From assembly GCF_902713615.1 (NCBI RefSeq), contig NC_052147.1, positions 166,388,410 through 166,452,409 on the forward strand: a stretch of 64,000 nt of DNA, in the 5' to 3' direction. The translations under genes and the position numbers were made by a program. Positions within the stretch are counted from its first letter, which is position 1. Each line of letters opens with the position of its first letter. This document shows positions 12,626 to 23,635 of this stretch, one piece after another. The notes beneath the pieces are model-generated. The model was not told the DNA's origin. It saw only the letters and a program-made list of their open reading frames with translations, and made no database searches. The stretch is from Scyliorhinus canicula. Lineage: Eukaryota.

Positions 12626-13226
12626 GCTCTCCCTCGGCCCACCACGTGCCCGGAGAACCCCCCAGGCCATTCCGCACGGTGGTAGACCTCCCCCCAGCCT
12701 CCCCCTTCACCAGCCGTTCCCCTACGGCCCCTGCAGCAGCAACCCGGTACCCCCCCCCCCCCACTCCCCTCCCCCCCCAAGCTAGGGCCCCCCTAGCTGT
12801 GTAACCCCTACCATTGTACTTCCGTAAGTCAGCCGGCTCCTGCTGACCCCGGCTGCTCCCGCCATCCCGACAACACCCCCCCCCCCCCGATGCAACACAA
12901 CCACCATTCCCCCCCCCCAGTGGCGGCCCCGCCCCCTGCTCCTCCAGCGCGGGAAGAAAGCCCGCGCTTCCATCCCAAACCCCGCCCCCCCCGACCCAAC
13001 ACGCGGGAAAAAGACGGCCACATGGCCCAACGGGACCGCGAACAGCTCCCCAACCCTCCACCAGTGAAAAAACGAGAAAGCACCCCAATAAATAAATAAC
13101 AGCCCCAAAAAGCGAAAAAGCAGAACAGCCGAAAAGGCAACATCAAACACAGCCAATAAAAACGGAAGGATACCAAGGAGGACAGAGCCTCTGGACTATG
13201 TACATCATTCCCCAGCCCCCCAGTCC

Positions 13227-13997
13227 TCAGTTCGAGTCCAACTTCTCTGCCTGGACAAAGACCCAGGCCTCCTCTGGAGAATCAAAGTAGAGCTGACGGT
13301 CCTTGTAAGTGACCCAGAGGCGAGCCGGCTGTAACAGGCCAAACCTCACCCCCTTCCTGTGAAGTACTCCCTTTGTCCGATTGAAACCAGCCCTTCTCTT
13401 CACCACCTCTGTGCTCCAGTCCTGAAAGATCCCGATCTCTGCATTCTCCCACTTGCTGCTCCTTTCCTTCTTCGCCCATCTCAGCACACACTCACGGTCA
13501 AAGAAGCGGTGAAAGCGGACCAGCACCGCCCGGGGCGGCTCGTTCGGCCTGTGCTTCCTCAGCAGCACTCGATGGCCCCCTCCAGCTCCAAGGGTCCTTG
13601 GAACGACCCCGCGCCCATTAACAGAGTTCAGCATCACAACCACGTAGGCCCCCAAATCCAAACCTTCCAGCCCCTCCGGAAGGCCCAGAATCCGCAGGTT
13701 CTTCCGACGGGAGCGGTTCTCCATCTCCTCCATCCTTGCCAGCGATTTCTTGTGAAGTACCTCGTACGACTCCACCTTCACTGCCAGGCCCAGGAGTTCG
13801 TCCTCGCTCTCTGAGGCCTTTTGCAGTAGCTCTCGGATCTCCACACCCTGAACCGTCTGAGTCGCCATGAGCTTGTCCAGTGAGGCCTTAAACGGTTCTA
13901 GGATCTCAGCCTTCAGCTCCCTGAAGCAGCGATGGAGCAGGTCCTGCTGCTCCTGCGCACACTGCTGCCATGCTGCCGGTTCCCCGCCCGCCGCCAT
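13227..13997 (-). pseudogene. L1 ORF1p (coiled-coil plus RRM/CTD, Transposase_22-like)
   Basis: MAAGGEP...MENRSRRKNLRILGLPEG...PRAVLVRFHRF...FGLLQPARLWVT; likely ATG at 13997 inside a YY1-like CAAGATGGCGGC. Confidence 0.85.
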
Positions 13998-14959
13998 CTT
14001 GTTTTTCCTGCCTCGTACCTTTCTTTGCTCCAAGGCCGATTTTTTGACCGCTCCGCTCCTGGTCCAGTCCATCCACTGGCAGATAAGCACAGTGGATGTG
14101 TTCCCACCCGGGGAAAAGTTCAACCAGCACCGCTGCGGGCCCTTAAAAGAGCCCGAAAGACCAAACATAGCGGGAGCTACCGAACGTGCGGCTTAGCTCC
14201 GCATCACCGCAACCGGAAGTCCCGGCATTCCTCTTTTCCTTAATCCAGGTAGTCCCATCTTCATCACTCGCCTCACCACATGCTCTCTTTCTCTGCGACA
14301 ATGTCCATACCTTTTCAACAGCAAATTTCATGCCAGTTGGTTTATAGGTGGGGAGGCCATTTCCCACCAAGCCTCAATTTTTAAGTTGACGTGAGGATTT
14401 AACTGATGTGGGGAAAGCCTAAAAAAGAATATGCGTCGATCTCGTGAAGGAAGGGTCAGAAGCCCTCTTTTGACTGTGGACGCCTCCTCCTGAAGGCCCA
14501 GTTGCCGCTAAACCTTCCTCCACACCCCCAGTCCTGGCCGTTCCCCAAACACTCCAATCACCCTCACAGGCCTTTCCTATCCTCTGTGCCCTGGGACCCA
14601 TTAAATCTATCTTGTCTACTAGTCCCAAGACTTGGGCTCAGGCATTTTCCTGAAGTTCCTCTTCAGTCACTGCAGTCCTTGTCGCTGCAGCAACTGGGGA
14701 GCTGTTGGCCAATCCGATTAACTGGCAGCTCCCTAAGTCCTCCTGAGTGAGGAGGTGGAAGAACGCCTGCAGCCACTTAATGGTGACTCGAGCATAAAAT
14801 AGCTGGGAGCACTCGGCATTGGCGGAGATGTGTTCCCCGCTGACTGTTCAGATGACAGGAAGGGAAAACCTGCCATCTTCGATGTTCCCACAATCCTCAC
14901 TGATGCCCTGATGTGCTGTTTCCTGATCTGGTTACAACATACAACCATCTCGCCTCTTG

Positions 14960-15150
14960 AGGATCATGAAACCATTCCAAACCATTGTTGATGGTTAAAA
15001 ACCCCTCTGGTCCAGTAATGAGGAAATCTGCCATCGTTACCTGGTCTGGCCTCCACATAACTGCCCTCGACAAGCCACACAATTCAGGGACAATTAGGGA
15101 GGGGCAACCAATGCTGGCCCAGCCAGTGACCCCAACCTCCCATGAATTTA
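14960..15150 (+). mobile_element. Deu-domain-type SINE fragment
   Basis: AAAACCCTCTGGTCCAGTAATGAGGAAATCTGCCATCGTTACCTGGTCTGGCC core with GGGACAATTAGGGAGGGGCAACCAATGCTGGCC tail. Confidence 0.6.
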
Positions 15151-15174
15151 AAAAAAGTTCCTTATGGCAAACCC

Positions 15175-16164
15175 CAAGTGTCAAATATGGCTTTGAGCTA
15201 CATGGAGGCAGTTGGCGTTGGTAAACATGCTCAGGGCCTAATCACCTCAAACTCAGCAAATGAGGCTATCATTCGGCTTTGTGAATTTACATTTACTAAA
15301 TAAATTGGATTTTCAATGACACACTAAGGGCGCGATTCTCCGCAAATGCGGCGAGTTGTAAAGGCTGCCGTGAAACTGGCTGTGTTTCACGGCAGCCTCC
15401 GTGCCCCCTCCCGGGACCCGATTCTCCCCCCCGGGCGGGGCTAGCAGGCCAAGCGTCACGGCGGCTGACACGCACGATGACGTCAGCCGCGCATGCGCGG
15501 GTTGGACGGCTCCAACCCGCGCATGCGTGGATGACGTCATCACGCATATGCGTCAAACCCGCGAATGCGTGGGCCGTCATGCCCCTCAGCCGCCCCGCGG
15601 ACTGATCCTGCGGGGCGGCGGAGGAACAAATAGTGCGCGGGTATCGGACCCGCTGCCCGCGATCGGTGCCCACCGATCGCATGCCCATGGCACTCTTGGC
15701 ATGGCTGTGGTGCGGCCGTGCCAATCGGTGCCATGGTTGTCCGGGACGGCACTTTGCGGCTGTTTTCACGAACGGTGAGAGCAGGTGTGTTTGCGTTCGT
15801 GAAAACGGCCGTAAAGGCCTGGGAACTCGGCCCATCGGATAGGGGAGAATCGCTGTTCGCCGTATAAAAAACGGCGAGCAGCGATTCGTGTCGTGGGGCG
15901 GCCGTGGGGGGGGGAGGGGGGGGGGGGGAGAATAGCCGGAGGTCGGGAAAAATGCCGGGAAGGCCCTCCCGCTATTCACCGACCCGTCGTGGGGGGCGGA
16001 GAATCGCGCCCCAAGTGTCAAATATGGCTTTGAGTTACATGGAGGCAGTTGACCTTGGTAAACATGCTCAGGGTCTAATCACCTCAAACTCAGCAAATGA
16101 GACTATCATTTGGCTTTGTGCATTTACATTTACTAAATAAATTGGATTTTCAATGACACACTAA
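15175..16164 (+). repeat. 153-bp direct duplication (15175-15327 and 16012-16164) flanking a MITE
   Basis: CAAGTGTCAAATATGG...CAATGACACACTAA occurs twice; 7 mismatches counted by eye, no indels. Confidence 0.95.
15328..16011. mobile_element. Harbinger-type MITE
   Basis: Perfect 15-bp TIR GGGCGCGATTCTCCG / CGGAGAATCGCGCCC; CpG-rich interior; flanked by TAA and CAA. Confidence 0.88.
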
Positions 16165-16169
16165 GTTTT

Positions 16170-16725
16170 AAAAAAAATCTTTCTGTTGGCTTTTCTCATA
16201 TTTATAAACAATTGTTACTTATGGACATTACATTTTTCTTGCCCGCGCTAATTTGCTTTATTTTAAGAGAGGTTTGTTTTGTCCTTCATTTGACTAACTG
16301 TACGTACATTTTGTTGCCCTCTGGATCGGTCTATGATATCCCCCTTCCTCCAGCCCCACCCTCCCACATTGGTTTCAGCACCCTTCCTCTTCTCTTGTGG
16401 TTTCCCCATTTCCCCCCCCCCCTCCCCCCCCCCCCCCCCCCCCCCCCCGGTTGTGCAGTCCTTTGGTTCTTCATCTTCTTTTCCCCCTGGCTTACTCCTC
16501 GTTGCTGGCCTTGAACAGGTTTCGGAACAGCCCGACAAGCTGCCCCCAAGTATCCAGGAAGCCTTCCCCTGACCCTCGGATGGTGTACTTAATCTTCTCC
16601 AGGTGGAGAAGTTCCAAGAGGTCAGCGAGCCAATCTGCAGCATTAGCCGGTGCTGCTGATCGCCAACTGATCAGGATTCTCCGGCTTGCGATTAGGGAAG
16701 CGAAAGCAAGGGCATTGGCTCCCTT
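16170..16725 (-). mobile_element. L1-clade LINE 3' end
   Basis: ALAFASLIASRRILISWRS...HLEKIKYTIRGS, homologous to the 8524-8856 ORF2 terminus; followed by a + strand CR1 3' end at ~16725-16945. Confidence 0.8.
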
Positions 16726-17035
16726 CACCCAGAGAGTGCTGAATCTGTGGAATTCGCTACCACAGAAAGTAGCTTAGACCAAAATGTTGTGTAATTTCAA
16801 GAAGGAATTAGATATAGCTCTTGGGATTAAAGGGGGGAAGGCAGGATCAGAGTATTGAACTTGATGATTAGCCATGATCATAATGAATGGTGGAGCAGGC
16901 TCCAAGGGCCAAATGGCCTCCTCCTGCTTCTATTTTCTATATATGTTTTAAAAAATATATTTTTATTAAAGTAGTCACTTTCACAATATGCACACAAAAT
17001 AGGTGAGACTAACAGTTTTCATGTTGTTCCTTTTC

Positions 17036-17232
17036 AGACCCGGGGTTTCCCTTTGTTAAGGGGCCATCCAACATGGCTACGGTCACCGTTCTCACTTTGA
17101 GGCCAGGTCCCTGCGCTCCTGGGATTCCCTTTGTTCATGGACCACCCAACATGGCCACCAGCTATGTGTACGCCACGTGGGTGCCTCGCTGCACTCCGGG
17201 GTTTCCCTTTGTTTAGGGGCCATCCAAAGTGC
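17036..17232 (+). repeat. Three diverged ~78-bp tandem units
   Basis: CCGGGGTTTCCCTTTGTT..GGGGCCATCCAA core at ~17040, ~17118 and ~17196. Confidence 0.8.
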
Positions 17233-18243
17233 CTGCTTATGGTGCCATCTTGTTCCATCAACATGAACCTGACCTGCTGAAGTCAGTCTGACGCCCTCCC
17301 TATCCTTACCATTATGTTCCCCCTGTGGTCATGATTCCCCCCTCTATCCCACTTTCTACCCTCCCGCACCTCCCCACCCCATGCTCCTCCTTCCTATTTG
17401 TCCCCTTACTTCTCCCTCCATCTCTGTATCTCTCTCCTCCCCCCCCCCCCCCCCCCCCACTCCGCTAGGTGCTCTCTCCATACTGGGAGATGCATCTCAG
17501 CCCCCCTCTCTCTCATGCTTCCCTGCACTAGCTTTCCACGCTAGTGTGATGGACCACCTCCTGGGGCTGCTCTGACCCCTCCTATGCCCATTCTGTTGCT
17601 GTCCATTCTGTCTCCTTCTCACCCCCTTCTGCTCTTTGCTTCCCTTGCCCCTTTCTTCCTATGAGCTAGTGCTCCTACTCATAGTGAGGCTGTGCAACCC
17701 GCGCAAAAATTGTCCATGAATATTACATTTTTCTCCCAGCATCTTCCTCACCATTGCTTTGTTTGCCTTTTGTCCAGGCCCTTCGCACGCATGATTGCGT
17801 CCCCTCTGCCGGGGTGGTGGATTAGTGTTTGTTATTCTCGTATGTCATCCAGAGCCTGGCTGCGAATAACATCCTGAATTTGACACTGTTCTTGTCCACG
17901 GCCAACTTTGCGTGGTTGAACTCGGCCCTGCGCTTTGCCAGGTCCACCCCAATGTCCTGATACACACATATTCATCACACTCTGGTCAGGTAAAATGAAA
18001 AGACCTCTTACTGTGCAAGGTGGCGATGGAAATTGTGGTGAGCTTTGTGAGGTTGACTTCAGGATGGAAAGAGTCGTTATCACAAAGACACTTGAAGTTC
18101 TTTTCATGAACTAAACTAATTTTATTTACACTACTTGATTTAAAGTTCGACAATTATTTCTACGGTAAACAAATATATTATTAAACTACACTCACTAACA
18201 CTATATATTCTAGCTACAATTATACTCTATCTTACTATCTCTG

Positions 18244-18415
18244 GGGCTGGTTTAGCGCAGTGGCCTAAATAGCTGGCTTGCAATACAGAACAATGCCAGC
18301 AGTGCGGGTTCAATTCCTGTACCGGCCTCCCTGAACAGGCGTCGGAATGTGGCGACTAGGGCTTTTCGCAGTAACTTCATTGAAGCCGACATGTAACAAT
18401 AAGCGAGTATTATTA
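18244..18415 (+). mobile_element. Short tRNA-derived SINE (family B)
   Basis: GGGGCTGGTTTAGCGCAGTGG A box, GGTTCAATTCC B box, same tail as 6000-6177. Confidence 0.8.
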
Positions 18416-19114
18416 CAGTGCCCTCTACTCCAGTCTCTTCCAAACTTTAATCTACCCTCTCCAGCTAACACTCCCAGAAATCCAGGAGTCAGTGCAATAT
18501 ATAGTACTGTCCCCTAGTTCCTTCTAGTGGTTAGTTTTAAATAACATTAACTCTTCACATGCTGTACATTTGTATAAGGCCACAGAAATGTAAAGAAATT
18601 AGATGTCCATAGTGTAAGGAGGTAGTTAGGACGAGGAAATTAGTAACTGTTAAAGTGGCAGAGGCTGTAAAAAGAGTCACAGGTGTAGGGGGGAAGAGAC
18701 TGAACAAGGGGCAAAAAACCAGAGTGAAAGAAATCAGTTTAGCGAGACAGGGAGGAGGTAAAAATGGGCTACTCAGTATTGGTGAACAGTGAGTTTCGAG
18801 GCTTTGGAAGTAAGACTTCCAAGAGAGTTAAGATCAGCAACAGTCTTGGAAATAATTGCATGATGTTTGTCGGTAAGATTATAGTCTAGGAGTAGATAGG
18901 AGTAATTTTCAGGGAGTTGGCGTTTAGCCTGTTCCATACCAGTGTTTCCAATATATCATCCCTCATGCTCAAGTGAGATGGTTGACAGGGCTGTCAACTA
19001 TGTTAACTCCATTTCCGCATTTATACTCTCACTCCTCTCCCACTCCTATAAACCATGATAGTTGGCACCTTTTTCTCCTGGTGGTCCCTATTAGGTTGAC
19101 CAGTAAGGTATAAT

Positions 19115-19345
19115 TGCACAGTAAGAAGTCTTACGACACCAGGTTAAAGTCCAACAGGTTTGTTTCGAATCACTAGCTTTCGGAGCGCAGCTCCTTCCTC
19201 AGGTGAATGAAGAGGTGGGTTCCAGAAACATATATATAGACAAAGTCAATGGTGCAAGACAATACTTTGAATGCAAGTCTTTGCAGGTAATTAAGTCTTT
19301 ACATGTCCAGACGGAGCAACTATCCCTATCTCCAGTTGCTCCGCC
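19115..19345 (-). mobile_element. Penelope-like element terminal (pLTR) fragment
   Basis: Reverse-complement homolog of ~22060-22280; ends in a fold-back CGGAGCAACT (19312-19321) / AGTTGCTCCG (19334-19343). Confidence 0.8.
19170..19206 (-). ncRNA. Minimal type I hammerhead ribozyme motif
   Basis: Minus strand TCAC-CTGAGGA-A-GGAGC-TGC-GCTCC-GAAA-GCTA-GTGA: CUGANGA and GAAA cores, stem I TCAC/GTGA, stem II GGAGC/GCTCC, palindromic AGCT in place of stem III. Confidence 0.75.
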
Positions 19346-19629
19346 AACAACTATAAATATTGTGGATCCAGCACTGATCCTTGAGGCACAACACCACTAG
19401 CTGCTGATTGCCAATGAGAAAAACACCCATTTATCCCCACTCTTTTCTTTCTGTGAGTTAACCAATCCTCAATCCATGCTAATACATTATCCATAATGCC
19501 ATGCACCTTTATCTTATGCTGCAGCCTTTTGTGCGGCACCTTGTCGAATGCCTTCTGGAAATCCAGATACACTACATCCACAGGTTCCCCATTGTCCACT
19601 GCGCTCGTAATGTCCTCAAACAATTCCAG

Positions 19630-20205
19630 TAAATTCTACAGATGTGTGATAGAGAGCATCCTATCCAGCTGCATCACAGCCTGGTATGACAACTGATCGG
19701 TCCAAGATCGCAAGAAACTGCAGAGTGTGGTGAACTCAGCCCAATGCATCACAAAAGCTTACCACCCCCAAATTGATTCTGTATACACCTCCCACTGCCT
19801 CAGGAAGGCAGACAGCATTATCAGAGACCCCTCCTGCCAGGCATTGCCTTCTTCCAGACCCTTCCATCAGGCAGAAGGTACAGAAGTCTGAAGACCCACA
19901 CATCCAGACATAGGAACATCTTCTTCCCCACAGCTGCAATACTCCACAATGATTTCGCCCTCGGACTGATCTGTTCCCTGTAAGAACACTATACACAATG
20001 CCCTATGCTGCTCTTGCTCATGGATTTACTTTGTTTGGCCCCTTGTTCCGCACTGTAACCAATCACTGCTTGTCGATGTACCATTTGTCAATGTACTCTG
20101 TTGATCATTCTTGTGTCTACTATGTACGTACTGTGTATGTTCTCTTGGCCGCAGGAAAATACTTTTCACTGTACTTCGGTTCATGTGACAATAAATCAAA
20201 TCAAC
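19630..20205 (+). mobile_element. Rex1/Babar-type LINE 3' end
   Basis: FYRCVIESILSSCITAWY through GTGACAATAAATCAAATC tail. Confidence 0.8.
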
Positions 20206-20657
20206 TCAAATTAGTTAAACATGAATTCTTGACGCTTGAGAAGGTCAAATTTGAACTGAGGGGAAGGATGGAGGGGTTTTACAATTCATGAGCATTATTC
20301 AGTTTGCACTTTCTAGAATTGGATTACATCAAACATTGCGGGGAAGCTGGGAGGGTTGGGGGGAGGGGGGCTGCATGTGTTAATGGTGACTATGGGTGAC
20401 TATTTTGTCATTTATTTCTGTTAATATGCAGGGTAATGTTTGGAGGTTTGGTGGGAGGATGGGTCGTTGTTATTGATATGGGGATTGACATTGCATTCAT
20501 TATTGATTATTGTTTATTGTTGGGTGTAAATTTGGGAGAAAATGTGAAAAAGGAGAATAAAAATATTTTTTAAAAAATTAGTGAAACATGATCTGCCTTT
20601 CATGCTGCATCTTCCCAATGGAACAATTTCTATCCAGATGTCTCACTATTCATTCTT

Positions 20658-20854
20658 TAAAAAAAAAAATTTAGAGTACCCAATTATTTTTTCCAATGAA
20701 GGGGCAATTTAGTGTGGTCAATTCACCTAACCTGCACGCAGACACGGGGAGAATGTGCAAACTCCACACAGACAGTGACCCAGGGCCGTGATTCGAACCC
20801 GGGTCCTCAGCGCCGTAGGCAGCAATGCTAACCACTGTGCCACCGTGCTGCCCC
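20658..20854 (-). mobile_element. V-SINE, short tail type ii, with ~16-bp TSD
   Basis: TSD CTCACTATTCATT(C/T)TT at 20642-20657 and 20855-20870. Confidence 0.85.
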
Positions 20855-21759
20855 CTCACTATTCATTTTTGATTATATATTCAAGCATTTTCCCAACAAC
20901 ATAAATTAAGCTAACCAGCCTATAGTTACCCGCCTTTTGTCTACCTTCTTTTTTAAACAGTGGCGTTACATTTACTGTTTTCCAATCTGCCGGAACCGCA
21001 CCAGATTCCAACAAAGTTTGGTAAATTACCATGAGCGCATTTGCTATTACCCCCACCATCCACCATCTCTTTTAGTCCTCTAGGATGCATTCCATCAATA
21101 CCAGAAGACTTGTCTGCCTTTACCCCCATTAGCTTTCCCAACACTACCTCCTTAGTGATAATGATTATTTCTAGGTCCGCATCTAGAAATGATCCTTGCC
21201 ATCAATTATTGGCATGTTATTTGTGCCTTCCACTGTGAAGACTGACACAAAATACCTGTTCAGTGCCTTGGCCATTTCCTCATTTCCCCCTCTCATCCTC
21301 TAAAGGATCAATGTTTATCGGAGATACTCTTTTTCGTTTTATATATTTGTAGAAATGTTTGCTATCTGTTTTTATATTCTGTGCTAGTTTACTCTCATAA
21401 TCTATCTTACTTTTCTTCACAACTTTTTTGTGGCTTTCTCTTGACCTTTCAAGATTTCCCAATCTTCTAGTTTCCCACTAATCTTTGTCACTTTGTATGC
21501 ATTTTCTTTCAATTTGATACCTTCTTTATTTCTTTAGATGTCCGTGGTTGATTTTCCATTACATAGTTCCATTATATATTTCCATTGGGGAATCGATCGT
21601 GGGAACATTCTATGACCACCCTGCAACCATGTCTCCGTAATGTCCACTAAATCATCCTCATTTGTGATGATTTGTGCCATCAACTCATTTATCTTATTTA
21701 GAATGCCAAGAGCATTCAGGTAAAGTGCCCTCATGCTAGTTTTTATACTTTCATTCTGG

Positions 21760-22310
21760 TGATTGTCGCGCGACAATCGCCAAGCGGGAATGTTCCCTTC
21801 CAGTCGGGGAACACCTCAGCAGTCAAGGGCATTCAGTCTCTGATCTTCGGGTAAGCTTTCTCCAAGGCGGCCTTCCAGGCATGCGACAATGCAGAATCGC
21901 TGAGCAGAAACTTCTCGCTAAGTTCCGCACGCATGAGTACGGCCTCAACTGGGATCTTGGATTTATGTCTTATTACATTCACCCCGACCATCTGGCCTGG
22001 TCTTGCAAAATCCTACCAACTGTCCTGGCTCGATACAATTCACACCTCTTTAACCTGTGATTATCCCTCTCTCCAGTCGCATTGTCTGAACTGTAAAGAC
22101 TTAATTACTTCCAAATACCAGCATTCAAAGTATCATCTTGCATCATTGGCTTTTTCTATATATATGTTTGTGTAATCTACCTCGTCACTCCACCTGATGA
22201 AGGAGCTATGCTCCGAAAGCTAGTGATTCCAAACCAACCTGTTGGATTTCAACCTAGTGTTGTAGGGCTTCTTACTGTGCCCACCCCAGTCCAATGCCAG
22301 CATCTCCACA
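21760..22310 (+). mobile_element. Penelope-like element: endonuclease C-terminus plus pLTR
   Basis: Reads RATIAKRECSLPVGEHLSSQGHSVSDLRVSFLQGG...RIAEQKLLAKFRTHEYGLN, typical of the PLE GIY-YIG domain C-terminus, followed by a hammerhead-bearing terminus. Confidence 0.85.
22191..22225 (+). ncRNA. Minimal type I hammerhead ribozyme motif
   Basis: CAC-CTGATGA-A-GGAGC-TAT-GCTCC-GAAA-GCTA-GTG; predicted cleavage after CUA (22222). Confidence 0.75.
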
Positions 22311-22314
22311 TCAT

Positions 22315-23245
22315 GTATCTCATTTAGCACGGTGCTAGTGCCACACGACACGATGGAGGGTATCCTCAATGTGAAGGCAGTATTTTGTCTCCAAAAGAAT
22401 TGTGCCGTGGTCTCTTCTACCGATACTGTCATGGCCAAATGCATCTGCAGCAGGTAGATTAGTGACGATAAGATCAATTTTGTTTTTCCCTCTTGTTGGT
22501 TCACCTTCTGCTACAGTCCCAATTTTGTTTTCATTTGTTCATGGGACGTGGGCATCGCAGGCTGTGCCAGCATTTATTGCCGACCCCTAATTGCCCTTGA
22601 GAAGGCCGATAATAGTCAACCACATTGCTATGGGTCTGGAGTCTAGCCAGATCCTGCCAGCTGGGTCTGTGGTGCTATGGAGCAACTCTTGGTGATGTAC
22701 TTTGAGGTCCCCCACCCAGAGTATATTATATGCCCTTGCGACCTTTAGTGCTTCCTCCAAGTGGTGTTCAACATGGAGGAGTACTGATTCATCAGCTGAT
22801 GGTGGCAAATATGTGGTAATCAGCAGAAGGTTTCCTTGCCGTTGTTTAACCTGAAGCCATGAGGCTTCATGGGGCCCAGAGCCGATGTTGAGGACTCCCA
22901 GGGCAACTCCCTCCCAACTGTATAGCACTGTGCTGCCACCACCTCTGCTGGGGCTGTCTTGCCTGTGAAACAGGATATACCCAGGAATGGTGATATTGGT
23001 GTCTGGGCAATTGTCTGTAAGGTATGATTCTGTGAGTATGACAGTATCAGGCTGTTGCTTGACTAGTCTGTGAGACAGCTGTCCCGGCTTTGGCACAAGC
23101 CCCCAGATGAAAGTAAAGAGGACTTTGCAGAGTCGACAGGGCTGGGTTTGCCATTGTCATTTCTGGTGCCTGGGTCGATGCTGGGTGGTCTGTCCGGTTT
23201 CATTCCTTTCTTGTGCTTTTGTAGCGTTTGAATACAGCTGGGCAT
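22315..23245 (-). mobile_element. CR1-group LINE endonuclease remnant (distinct family)
   Basis: VILTESYL...IPGY...RQD...RGGG...TTYLPP...LWVGDLKVHH, an APE endonuclease signature. Confidence 0.75.
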
Positions 23246-23249
23246 ATAA

Positions 23250-23527
23250 GAGTCCACAACATTACTGTGGGTCTGGAGTCATATGTAGGCCAGACCAGGT
23301 AAGAATGGCAGATTTCCTTCCCTAAATTACATTAGTGAACCAGATGGGTCTTTACGACAATCAACAATGGTCTCATGGTCATCATTAGACCTTTAATTCC
23401 AGATATTTTGTTGAGTTTTATATTCCACCACCTGCCGTGGTGGGATTCGACGCCAGGTCTCCAGATCATTACCCTGGGTCCCTGGATTACTAGTCCAGTG
23501 ACAATACCACTACACCACCGCCTCCCC
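23250..23527 (-). mobile_element. Deu-domain-type tRNA SINE
   Basis: tRNA-like head GGAGGCGGTGGTGTAGTGG...GTCGAATCCC, core CCCATCTGGTTCACTAATG...GGGAAGGAAATCTGCC..CTTACCTGGTCTGGCCTACA. Confidence 0.75.
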
Positions 23528-23635
23528 TTATAGTTTCCTATAACTAAAGTGGATTACCGATGGGTTTTTCAAAGCGATGAGGGTTACTGCCTCCACCGTC
23601 ATTTCAGGAAGTGGGTTCTTAGAGCCCCATCACCA

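Larger units (their letters stand above)
8209..14223 (-). mobile_element. Full-length, inactivated L1-clade LINE
   Basis: 5' end GGGACTTCCGGTTGCGG, ORF1, ORF2 (APE, RT, C-terminal HMFWxC) and G-rich 3'UTR; TSD GGCATTCC(C/T)CTTTT at 8195-8208 and 14224-14237. Confidence 0.92.
19350..21750 (-). mobile_element. CR1 LINE ORF2 remnant with nested insertions
   Basis: RALYLNALGILNK (EN), [30 protein letters not shown]; interrupted by Rex (19630-20205), an L1 3' end (~20226-20575, +) and a SINE. Confidence 0.8.

Noticed and set aside
9683-13176. Many Pro/Gly-rich ORFs overlapping the L1
   Set aside because: Antisense or off-frame shadows of GC-skewed L1 sequence with no independent domain signal.
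17036-17232. CRISPR-like repeat-spacer pattern
   Set aside because: Eukaryotic context, diverged units, related inter-unit sequence and no cas genes.
17527-17547. GAAAGCTAGTG on the minus strand as another hammerhead
   Set aside because: No upstream CUGANGA core or stem II; it is a simple hairpin.
17985-18570. Possible minus-strand LTR split by a SINE
   Set aside because: Termini and TSD could not be identified.
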